Positions 53,721 through 64,000 of a DNA stretch of 64,000 bases are shown piece after piece (position 1 is the stretch's first letter; every line of letters starts with the position of its first letter). The stretch spans positions 37,262,001-37,326,000 of the forward strand of contig NC_043010.1 of assembly GCF_006345805.1 (NCBI RefSeq), read 5' to 3'. A program made the translations under genes and the position numbers. This DNA is from Octopus sinensis. Its lineage: Eukaryota. The notes beneath the pieces were generated by a model, which saw nothing but the letters and a program-made list of their open reading frames with translations, was not told the DNA's origin and ran no database searches.

Positions 53721-54065
53721 TGAATTAGGGTAAATGTTTTTAAATTTTCACCTTATTTCCGAATACACTACTTGGCGGTTGGAGTTCTGGCTGCTCTTTC
53801 TGGTGACGAATGGCCTGTTTAGGCCATTCCTAAATTGTTATATTTATACATATTTAGTCTTTGACTATTTTCTCTTTTCCACTAGGCCGCTGGTAGCGAT
53901 AAATTTTTACTGAATTTTTTGCTACCCTAAATTGATTAATATATATATATATATATATTTATGTGTGTGTACCTCTCTCTTTCTCATATATTTATGTATT
54001 TATTTATGTGTGTGTATATATTCATGTATATATATTTATAAAATTTTTTTCTTGTTCCCTTTCAG

Positions 54066-54269
54066 GCTGATGAAAGTATAAACGACGAACTGGAAGCTGC
54101 TCAGATGACCAAACGCCGAGTGGACCACTTGAAAGAATATGATAGCAACCAATCCAGTGCTGTGTCATTGTGGAAGAAAACGCGCCTCGACCGAATGTTA
54201 GTAGAGTATTTTCTCAGAGCCGGCTATTATAACGCAGCACTCCGGTTGGCAAAACACTCTCATATTGAG
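54066..54269 (+). CDS. MAEA: MAEA / E3 ubiquitin-protein transferase (GID9/Fyv10 ortholog), internal exon, LisH region
   Basis: Acceptor ttttcttgttccctttcag and donor GAG|gtatgt; 204 nt, phase 0. ADESINDELEAAQMTKRRVDHLKEYDSNQSSAVSLWKKTRLDRMLVEYFLRAGYYNAALRLAKHSHIE matches recalled human MAEA KRRIEHLKEH...[33 protein letters not shown]. Confidence 0.95.
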
Positions 54270-54324
54270 GTATGTCAACAGCTCTATCTTTACCATTTTT
54301 TTCAGTTCTTTCTTTCCTCATTGT

Positions 54325-54544
54325 CTCTTTACTCTTTTACTCTTTTACTTGTTTCAGTCATTTGACTGCGGCCATGCTGGGGCACCGCCTTTAATCAAGC
54401 AACTCGACCCCGGGTCTTATTCTTTTTTTGTAAGCCCAGTACTTATTCTATCGGTCTCTTTTGCTGAACTGCTAAGTAACGGGGACATAAACGCACCAGC
54501 ATCGGTTGTCAAGCAATGCTAGGGGGACAAATACAGACACACAA

Positions 54545-54575
<31 letters not shown>

Positions 54576-54747
54576 CATATATACGATGGGCTTCTTTTCA
54601 GTTTCTGTCTACCAAATCCACTCACAAGGCTTTGGTTGGCCCGAGGCTATAGTAGAAGACACTTGCCCAAGGTGCCATGCAGTGGGACTGAACCCAGAAC
54701 CATGTGGCTGGTAAACAAGCTACTTACCACACAGTCACTCCTGCGCC
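54325..54747 (-). mobile_element. family A SINE, full length, in MAEA intron
   Basis: Full match to family A, starting 55 bp after the exon donor. Confidence 0.9.
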
Positions 54748-54894
54748 TCTTTGTTTACAAAGTTCCAGTTGATAGCAATATGATGTCTATGGGGGACTGT
54801 TCAGATGTCACATTTTGTCTGAGGAAAAGAGACAGTTCTACTTTTTCTTGCTGATTTGCTTAGAAAGACAGGGTATCTCAGCTTCTATCTAGAC

Positions 54895-55286
54895 CAGTCA
54901 CAATCAAACTGTGGCCCATGAAAATTTCTGAATGTCACACCTAATGAAAAATTACCTTGAATTTTTCTTAGTAGTGTGGCACACCTGAATATGAGCTACG
55001 TGTCATGAGGCCAGCATCTCAATACAGGTTCCCCATGCTTAGTCTAGACCAGTGGCTCTCAATCATTTTTTACCTATGGACCCCTTTGATTCCTATTTTA
55101 TTCAGGTGAACCCTAATAGTGATTCAATGTTTTTACAAATCCCATTATTATCAGGAATTGTATAAAAAATTATTTAAAATATTGTAAGTATTGTAGAAGT
55201 ATAAACAGTTTATTGGACATAAATTTTAACAACAAAATATTATATGGACCCTTAAGGGTCATATGGACCTTGGCTGAGAACCGCTA
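54895..55286. mobile_element. two adjacent hAT-type MITEs (54895-55041 and 55050-55286)
   Basis: CAG termini separated and flanked by atctagac / gtctagac / gtctaaac 8-mers. Confidence 0.7.
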
Positions 55287-55784
55287 GTCTAAACTATCAC
55301 TCTCTTTTCCATCATTCCTTCCTTCCACTCTGATTCCTTCCCCCACCACTCCCATTATAGCCCTGCTCGTCTTTCACCCTCTTGATTATCCCTACCTTCT
55401 CTTCACCCTCGTTGTCATATTTGCAGTGAATAAACAAAGTCAACAAAGATTAGAGAAGACTCTTCAGTGTTGCACAGAACAAGGCAATCTCTCCAGTGCA
55501 GACACCATGAGAAAATGCACCCAGTACATTAATTAAGTGGTTTGCATATGAATGAAGACAGTGTGGAGTCAAGAGGACTCTTTAGTGTGACTGGAGATAT
55601 GACAACTTACGTATGGTTTGTGGTACATAATTTGGTTGCCAAAATGAAATCCAGGTGTGATAGGTGGTTCTTTGATCCGTCTATAAGGGAAGTAACTCAA
55701 ATACAAAACTGGTTCAGATTGTGACTACCTGTGTAATGTATGTTAACATGGGAAACAGATGTACAATAGTGATTCATTATATAT

Positions 55785-56093
55785 CACCGTGATCACCATG
55801 ACCAACCAGGCTATCAGATGTTGCTACACATCGCTGATCACAATGCGCTTCGCATTGTTTTAGCCTTCAAACGACGCCACCCCACTAGCTAAGTGAGCAA
55901 GCCAACAGAAGAATGAGTGAGAGAAAGTTGTGGCGAAAGTGTACAGCAGGGATCGCCACCACCCCCTGCCAGAGCCTCGTAGAGCTTTAAGTGTTTTCGC
56001 TCAATAAACACTCACAACACCCGGTCTGGGAATCGAAACCATGATCCTATGACCGCGAGTCTGCTGCCCTAACCACTGGGCCATTGTGCCTCC
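55785..56093 (-). mobile_element. family D tRNA(Arg)-like SINE with TSD
   Basis: Head ggaggcacaatggcccagtggttagggcagcagacTCGcggtc...ggtttcgattccc; flanked by gattcattatata direct repeats. Confidence 0.85.
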
Positions 56094-56141
56094 ACGATTC
56101 ATTATATATATACATATATATATATACGTATATATACATAC

Positions 56142-56175
<34 letters not shown>

Positions 56176-56380
56176 GTTCACAACATAATTTCTTATTCTT
56201 TGTCATTTTAATTTGCATACACACAAACACACCTATACACACTTTATATAGACATGTATACACACACCCACACATATTTGCACAAACAAATACATATATG
56301 TATGTTTAATTATTTGTAGTTTGATACAATGATAAAAAAAAATAAATCTAATTTTTGTTTCATCTGGTAATTGAACTGGT

Positions 56381-56419
<39 letters not shown>

Positions 56420-56541
56420 ACGCTCATACATATGTATATGCTTACACACATACATATGTGTATGTATGTGTGTCTTTATGAACTACTCACTGATAAACTG
56501 TTTTTTTGTTCTCATTTTGTTTTTTTTTTTTTACCTGGCAG

Positions 56542-56664
56542 GATTTAACAAATATTGATCTATTTTTAACTTCAAAAGAAGTGGAAGAATCTCTTCTACG
56601 GCGGGAGACGTGTCTTTGTTTATCTTGGTGCCATGACAACAAATCAAAACTGCGGAAATTAAAG
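56542..56664 (+). CDS. MAEA: MAEA internal exon, start of CTLH domain
   Basis: Poly-T tract then acctggcag acceptor and AAG|gtgagc donor; 123 nt, phase 0. [41 protein letters not shown] matches recalled human [41 protein letters not shown] and continues in frame from the previous exon. Confidence 0.95.
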
Positions 56665-58139
56665 GTGAGCTCTGCTGGTTTCACTCTTCTGACTTTGATG
56701 TTCGGTTTTTAAAACTACAAGAGAAAGCATGGAGTCAGTGAGATAGATATATGTTTATTTGCAACAACAGTTTTATTTTTTGTGTTGATGATGATGATGA
56801 TGATTACAATGGTGGTGGTGGGGGGGGGAGGTGAATAGATTTTCAGGTGGGACAATTGATATTTGTTCAAACAAAGCAATTTATGATGGTGTTGTAGATT
56901 TAATCAGCAATGAGAAAGTGAGGTGGAGAAAGAAGAGAGCTTAGCCACTATATGACCATGCCTCAGGAAATTCTGTCGTACATTCTACAAGTCTCTATCT
57001 ATGAGTTAAACTTTACTCTATCAACCCAGTCTTTCGGTCAGTCTCATATGTACTAAATCATTACTTTTCAATGGTCAAACTCAAAGTAGGGAACGATATA
57101 AATAATGGTTTCAAATTTTGGCACAATGCCAGCAATTTTGAGAGCAGGTGTTAGTAGTTAACATCGAAACCCAGTGTTCAGCTGGTCCTTATTTTATTGA
57201 CTTCCCACCCCCCCACCTAAAGCAGATTTTTAACTTGACAGGCTTCTTTCAGTTTCCATCTACCAAATCCACTCACAAGGCTTTGGTCGACCTGAGGCTA
57301 TAGTAGAAGACACTTGCCCAAGGTGCCACTCAGTGGGACTGAACCTGGAACCATGTGGTTAGTAAACAAGCTACTTTCCACACAGCCACTCTTGCACCTG
57401 ATATGAAGTAAATTATTTTATGAGGGCTGGGATGCTCATGATGATTTTTGGTTTCTTGAATGGCAAATCAAATTCAACAGAAGCAGGTCTACCAGAAGAA
57501 ATAATCCAATTTGTGGTACACTGTATATTGATGCCCCAACTAAAGCTTCTGCCAATGAAAATCATATTACCGTATTTATGTATGTACATGCTCTATGGCA
57601 GATATCCTCCCCTGTCTCTCTATGCCTCTAATTCCTCATCAACTGGTACAAATATACCCACCCCCTCACTGCTACTTCCCTTTCCAGCTGAAGGGGTTTT
57701 TGTCTTGCAATTTACTCAGTGATCCTGTCGGTGCTGGTGCCACATAAAAAGCACTGGTGTTGATGCCATGTAAAAGGCACCCAGTACACTTTTTAAACTG
57801 GTTGGCATTAGAAAGAGCATCAAACCATTGAAACCATACCTCAACAGATAATAGAGCCTGGTGCGGCCCCTGGCCTTACCAGCTCCTGTTAAACGGTCCA
57901 GCCTATGCCAGCATGAAAAATAGATGTTAACTGATGATGATTTCTCTTGATGTAACCATTGCTAGAAGATAGGTAATAAACTAGCTAGATTATAAAACAC
58001 TCACTGCTTTGTTTTTGAAGCGTCTTCCTATTATTGTGACACTAACAACTGAACTGGAACTGCTTATAGCACTAATGAAATCCCTTCATAAATTTTGAGA
58101 AAAGTGAACTGGAAAATATTTCAAACAAAAACCAGAACT

Positions 58140-58480
58140 TTTTTTTTATCTGCTGCAATCAAATACCATGAAAATATACCAGCAATTAATATGTACGCAC
58201 TAGTAGTCAGGAATGTTTAATATGTAAAATTGGTCTATCCGGTTGTGTTACATTGTTAAACTTAGTGGCTGTTTAAGCAATATGTTTGTGGATAGCTAAT
58301 GTGTTGAATGTGGTACTGATGAAGGAGCAATAACTCCTGAGATATGTATATACACCATTTACTATTTTTCTATTTACAGTTATATTGTTTACATAGATGT
58401 ATTTGTGTATAAAATATAACCTCTACTGCTGGCTCTAAATTCTATAGAAAATCTATAGAGATGCACATATATCAATCTGA
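58140..58480 (+). mobile_element. Penelope-like terminal-repeat fragment with decayed hammerhead (58311-58357)
   Basis: GTA-CTGATGA-AGGAG caataa CTCCT-GAGAT-ATGT-ATA-TAC; stem II is perfect but GAAAC and GUH are mutated. Confidence 0.55.
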
Positions 58481-58779
58481 GAAATGTTTCTGGAAAATTA
58501 CTTTTCAATGGTTAAACTCAAAGTAGGGAAATATGTAAATAATGGTTTCAAATGCCAGCAATTTTGAGAGAGGGTGTAAATAGTTAACATCAAACCCCAA
58601 TGAAGGCCACAAACCAATGTATAACAGATGAAGTTAAGACTTTAATCAAAGAGTGCAATCAGTTGAAACATATGCATCTTAAATTCTTCAGAAATTAGAA
58701 GAATAAATAATAGAAGTAGTTCAGCTGATGGCTATAACATATCTGGTCTTTCAGTTTTTGTGCAGAAACAAAGGAACTG

Positions 58780-59352
58780 TGGAAAATGGCGAAAGCATTG
58801 AACAACCAAAGCAAGCAGTCTCCAAATATTTATTGCCATCATTCAACAAGTCCACTTCCAATCCAAAGAGTCAGTAAAGACATTTAATAAACCATTCAGT
58901 AATATTAGCAGACATACCAGACTGTAAACTTCATGCAACCACCAGAAAGATAAAGAGAAATGACAAAATTGACAGCATTAAATTCAAGAAAGATAAAGTA
59001 GAATTGATAATGATTTAAAAAAAAATTTTTTTTTTTAAATTTAAATAACTCAGTAGTAGAGGATTCAGACAGTGTGGCTATATTTCTTCGGAAAAATCTT
59101 GGCAAATTTGGTATCATGTGCTCGGTAAGTGTTTTCAATGTCACATGGGAACTGTCAAATCTTGGCAAGCTAGAAAACCTCCTCGGCAAAAGTCTCTTTT
59201 ATGAATCTTTGCAATGATGGAACTGATGCAACATCATACAAACCAGTGTCCTTTTTGAATCTAATTGCAAAAGTCTTTCAAAAATTTCTCCTACTCCCAA
59301 TCTTGCATCCTGCCAAGAATACCTGTGTGGATTCAAGACTCAACACTCCACA
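58780..59352 (+). mobile_element. decayed LINE reverse transcriptase N-terminal fragment (Jockey/I-like)
   Basis: ATSYKPVSFLNLIAKVFQKFL resembles the SYRPISLL...K..EK motif; tggattcaagactcaacactccaca resembles GFR..HST. Confidence 0.6.
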
Positions 59353-59577
59353 ATTAAGCTTTCTTCCCAGCCACATTGTTCAGGGTTCAGTTCCACTGCA
59401 TGGCACCTCAAAGGAAAACTTGTGCAATTTTAAAATATATGGAAAATAGAAAACCAAGAACTGACAATGAAAATAAGACTTCGCTGTGTGATGTGATTAA
59501 GGATGTGATTCAAGGATAACCAACCTTGAGTACCACTTGGTGGCTTTGTCGTCAACAGACCAATTCTTAATAAACAA

Positions 59578-59739
59578 GGCACAGGAGTGGCTGTGTGGTA
59601 AGGAGCTTGCTTCCCAGCCAAATGGTTCCGGGTTCAACCCCACTGCGTAACACCTTGGGCAAGTGTCTTCTACTATTAGGTCGGGCCAACCAAAGCCTTG
59701 TGAGTGGATTTGGTAGATGGAAACTGAAAGAAGCCCGTC

Positions 59740-59806
<67 letters not shown>

Positions 59807-60030
59807 TGTATGTGTGTTTATATGTTTATCCCCCCCAACTTCACTTGACAACCGATGCTGGTGTGTTTACATCCCTGTAACTTATCGATTCGGCAAAAGA
59901 GATCGATAGAATAAGTAGTAGGCTTACAAAGAAAAAGAATAAGTGTCCTGGGGTCGATTTGCTCAACTAATGGCAGTGCTCCAGCATGGCCACAGTCACA
60001 TGACTGAAACAAGTAAAAGAGTAAAGAGAG
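59578..60030 (+). mobile_element. family A SINE, full length
   Basis: Head-to-tail match to family A. Confidence 0.9.
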
Positions 60031-60999
60031 TGTGCACTAATGATTCCGACAGCTTGCCACTTTTGGGAAAAGAGGGAGAACGTGTATTAGGATGATAGTG
60101 GTAGTGATAGCTGCTAGACATACGTCTGTAAATATCTATAATGTTGTTACTGATTATATTGACAAATAATGACTATGATGATGCTCTGTGCTCTTGCTTT
60201 GAAGTCAATAAAGCTTGTAATGTTTACAATCTCTATTATGGACATACTCATACATGTGTCTAACATATGTGTGTATGTGTGTATGCGTGTGTGAAAGAAA
60301 GATCTATAGTTGCTGAATATTGAGTAGAACAGGTAATTTTATGTCATCATCATCATCATCATTGTCATTTTTATTATGTGTTGTTGTTTTGTTTTTGTTA
60401 CTTTTTCTAGATATGTTTACAGTTAAATTTTTGTCACACAATTTCACTCATGTCTGTTGCAACAAACACCACTTTTACACAAATATGTCACAATACAACA
60501 GAGACATACGCACACACACACCACACACATACGCATACTTGTCTTACATAACTTGTCTTACAACCACTCTACCGCAACACTTCCTCCCATCCTGCCAGGA
60601 TACAATACCTCCATGCATCCACCACATCTTTACCACTCTGTCACAACACAACACCACACCACACTAGTCCGTCACAACACAGTATTTCTACCACTCTCAC
60701 AACACAACACAACACAACACATGTTGACCAGTGTGTCATACAGCACTTCCTCCAGTCTCTTATATTAACAACTATTTATTGCAATTTGAGTGACCTTGTA
60801 GAGCAGTGCTTCCCAAAGTTGGCGGTACTGCTCCCCTGGGGACGATGGAAAGATCCAGGGGGTGGGGTCAATGAAGAAAAATTGGGCAATGGATGTAAAA
60901 AAACAAACAAAATAATAGGTTAATTAGGTTAAGTTTAATTTGTGAAATGTTGCTGTTTTGAATTTTCTGCAGAAAATGGTCTCTGTCTGTGATGGTGAG

Positions 61000-61380
61000 C
61001 AGGGTGGGGCACCTCTTTGAAGAATTTTAGTCAAAAAGATTTACCCCAGCACCTATTATTTTTTTATTTTTTTCAAGACTGGTATTTGTTTTATTGATCT
61101 CTTTTGCCACACTGCTAAGTTACAGGGATGTAAACACACCAACACTTGTTGTCAAGCAGTGGTGGTGGGTAAAACATGTGTGTGTGTGTATATATATATA
61201 TATGTGTGTGTATATATGTGTGTGTGTACACAACAAACTTCTTTCAGTTTCCCTCTATGAAATCCACAAGGCTTTGGTCAGCCTGAGGCTATGGTAGAAG
61301 ACACTTGCCAAAGATGCCACACAGTGGGATTGAACTCATAACAAAGGTGTTGGGAGGAAAGCTTCTTACCACACAGCCAC
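61000..61380 (-). mobile_element. older family A SINE
   Basis: Diverged match to family A. Confidence 0.75.
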
Positions 61381-62463
61381 GGTGATAATGCACTAGCGCT
61401 GAATTTCTCCTGTGAGTTGTACTCTGTGTAATGTCTTGGACACCATTGAGATCAAGTCATCAAAGTAGGAGCTCCATGCACCCCGACCACCACCAGCTTG
61501 ACTCCCTTCTTCTTCATTCTTCTCGGCTCTTCGGCTCAGTCCAGCAGTACCACCGATGTTGGTTCACTTCATAATGCAGATGACACTGAAGCTGCGCTAC
61601 CGAATCATGTAACATTTAATATCTGTATTGTCAATCACATTGTCATTGCTGTCGTTGTTGACATTGTTGTCGTCAATAGTCGTCGTTGTTGTTGGTGCTT
61701 CCTCTGTCTGTCTGTCTCTCTCTCTCTGTCTTTCTCACTACTTCTCTTGTTTCTTGTAAATAATCAAACTCGCCACCACCGCCACCATATTGACCAATCC
61801 CTCTAACCAGTTCCACTCGTAAACCATCCATACATGTGTTTCAAATTGCGATATTTCTCATGTTTCTTGCTGCACAATAACATGTAAAATGCAGGAAAAA
61901 AATAGCAATAAAACAAGGTCCGCAGCTCTGATAAATTTGAGACACGAAATAAATAAATAAATAAATGAATGAATACAGGAAAGTAAACAGACTCCTCCTG
62001 CTTCTCTTCTTCGTCTTCCTCTTCTGCCCTTCCTCTCACCACCACCACCGTTGCTGCTGTTGCTGCCACTCTTGACAAACCCTTGACTGTTCAAAATGAA
62101 ATGGAGAAAGTGATGAAGTGAGGGAGTGAGAAAGAGCGAGTGATAGAGAGATGGAGACAGAAAGGAGAGTAAGAGAGAGAGAGAGAGAAAGAAATGAATA
62201 AACCAAGAGAGAGAAATCATTAGAGAGAGACTGACTGACAGACAGAGAAAAGAAAGGTGAGAGAAAGGAATTAAGTGAGAACAGAAAGTTAAAGGAAAAG
62301 AAAGAAGTGCATCCTTCGTTTGTGTGCCATCAGCCAATGGTGGGGGGAGGGATATAAATGGTGTTTTAGACGAGGAGGAGGAGGAGGAGATGGTGGGATG
62401 GTGTAGTAGTAGAGTTCAATGATTGGAGAGGGAGACATATAGGGGTAGTGGGAAGAGATTGAA

Positions 62464-62499
<36 letters not shown>

Positions 62500-62609
62500 T
62501 GTGTGTTATAGGTTTGCTGTACATTTATTAAAAATGATTATGTTTTGAGTAAACATTGCATTTATATATATATATCATGTGATAGATATATATATATATA
62601 TATACACAT

Positions 62610-62643
<34 letters not shown>

Positions 62644-63229
62644 CACATTATCCATACAGATACAAAAATCACACATGCACACGCCCTCACCTACACGCAT
62701 GAATAAGAGCAATATTAAGCAAAAGAGAACTCAATGATAGAATGCAGAGCACAATGTGTATTTGTTCGAGGGATAGTCTTCTTTTGTTGCATTATCACTA
62801 TTAGTTTCACCATAACACTGCTCTTCCGTTAATGTTTCATCATTCATCTTCTTGTATTATTTTAAAAATAGAAATACAGATCTTTTCTCGTTTTCCACTT
62901 AACTCTTTTGCATTTAAACTGGCTACATCCAACCCACATATTCCATTTGCTTTCTGTTCAAACCAGTCAGATCCAGCTTTCCACACCTACCCTCCAATGC
63001 CAGTCTAAAAATAGACAAACACATTATCAGAATCTCGGAGCTATGAGATAATGGATAAACTAACTATTCAAGACAATGTGAATAAATAAACGTTACACTT
63101 TGAAAGGCTTAATTTGAATTGTGGAAACATGCCTTCTTCTTCTTAGCTATTATATTTGTTGCATTCGTTATTACTATATGTGTGCTTGTTTGTAAGTATC
63201 CAGTTGACTGTCTTTGTGTTTGTGATTAT

Positions 63230-63810
63230 ATGTCTCGACTGGCTTCCGTGCAGGTGGCATGTAAAATGCACCAATCCGACCGTGGCCGATGCCAGCCTCG
63301 CCTGGCACCAGTGCAGGTGGCACGTAAAAAGCACCCACTACACTCACGGAGTGGTTGGCGTTAGGAAGGGCATCCAGCTGTAGAAACATTGCCAGATAAG
63401 ACCGGAGCCTGGTGCAGCCTTCTGGCTTCCCAGATCCCCGGTCGAACCGTCCAACCCATGCTAGCATGGAGAACGGACGTTAAACGATGATGATGATGAT
63501 GATGATGATTTGCTTAAAATTGTTACAAATTGTTAAATTGGCAAATGACATGCTAGAGAAGAAGAGCCATCAACCCAAGTGAAATCATAATCACGGCAGA
63601 TATTGGTGTCATGCAAACTGACTGGCCCTCATACTGGTGACACGTAAAAGCACCCTTTACACTCTCAGAGTGGTTGGCATTAGGAAGGGCATCCAGCTAT
63701 AGAAACCATGCCAAATCAGATTAGTCTGGTGCAGCCCCATCAGCTTATCAGCCCTGGTCAAACCATCCAACCCTTGCCAGCATGGACAATGGATATGAAA
63801 TGATGATGAT
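63230..63810 (+). mobile_element. two family C elements in tandem (63230-63508 and ~63610-63810)
   Basis: ggttggc(g/a)ttaggaagggcatccagct...(gat)n occurs twice. Confidence 0.85.
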
Positions 63811-64000
63811 GTTAATGTATTCTTGCATAGCTCTGCGTCCTTCCCACTCTCCTTTCGCACTCTCCCAAATACACCAGATTTCTCACGCTGTTCAGTCCTC
63901 TGTACTATTATTTATATACACTTCCCCTGTCACTTGAGGGTGCACCCTAACTCATCTTCTCTCTTTCTCTCTTTTTCCAGTGGGGGTAGCCATGTATCTC

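Larger units (their letters stand above)
52923..53940. mobile_element. Penelope-like terminal repeats: ~460-bp inverted pair with no spacer plus a 90-bp partial tandem copy
   Basis: 52923-53383 is the reverse complement of 53384-53843 (centre gactaaat|atttagtc). 53850-53940 repeats the start of the right arm. Each arm carries a hammerhead; (TA)n lies on both flanks. Confidence 0.85.

Noticed and set aside
54270-54365. Extension of the MAEA ORF beyond HSHIE
   Set aside because: Homology stops at a canonical GT donor; the remainder is intron and SINE tail.
61453-61518. Minus-strand MKKKGVKLVVVGVHGAPTLMT, resembling a Ras-family KLVVVG start
   Set aside because: No GxxxxGK(S/T) P-loop and a stop after 21 codons; probably coincidence, although the surrounding unique sequence could be UTR.

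Overview
This is AT-rich, repeat-saturated animal genomic DNA. The repeat families look like those of octopus (coleoid cephalopod), which I inferred from recalled SINE sequences, not from a search. The only protein-coding signal I can support is two phase-0 internal exons of MAEA (CTLH/GID E3 ligase subunit) on the + strand, 54066-54269 and 56542-56664. I found no upstream MAEA exon, so most of the window is probably one very long intron. The rest is microsatellite, several tRNA-derived SINE families (often nested, with TSDs), a (GAT)n-tailed RTE-like repeat, decayed LINE fragments, hAT and piggyBac-type MITEs and Helentron-like elements. Nearly all ORFs in the supplied track are microsatellite or SINE artefacts. 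The most notable signal is a set of type I hammerhead ribozyme motifs in Penelope-like (PLE) terminal-repeat fragments, most beside (TA)n tracts. One intact motif lies at 20871-20922 (-). Two mirror copies lie in a spacer-less ~920-bp palindrome (52923-53843) about 220 bp upstream of a MAEA exon, and several decayed variants occur elsewhere. There are also weak candidate antisense exons at about 5.9, 9.9 and 33 kb.
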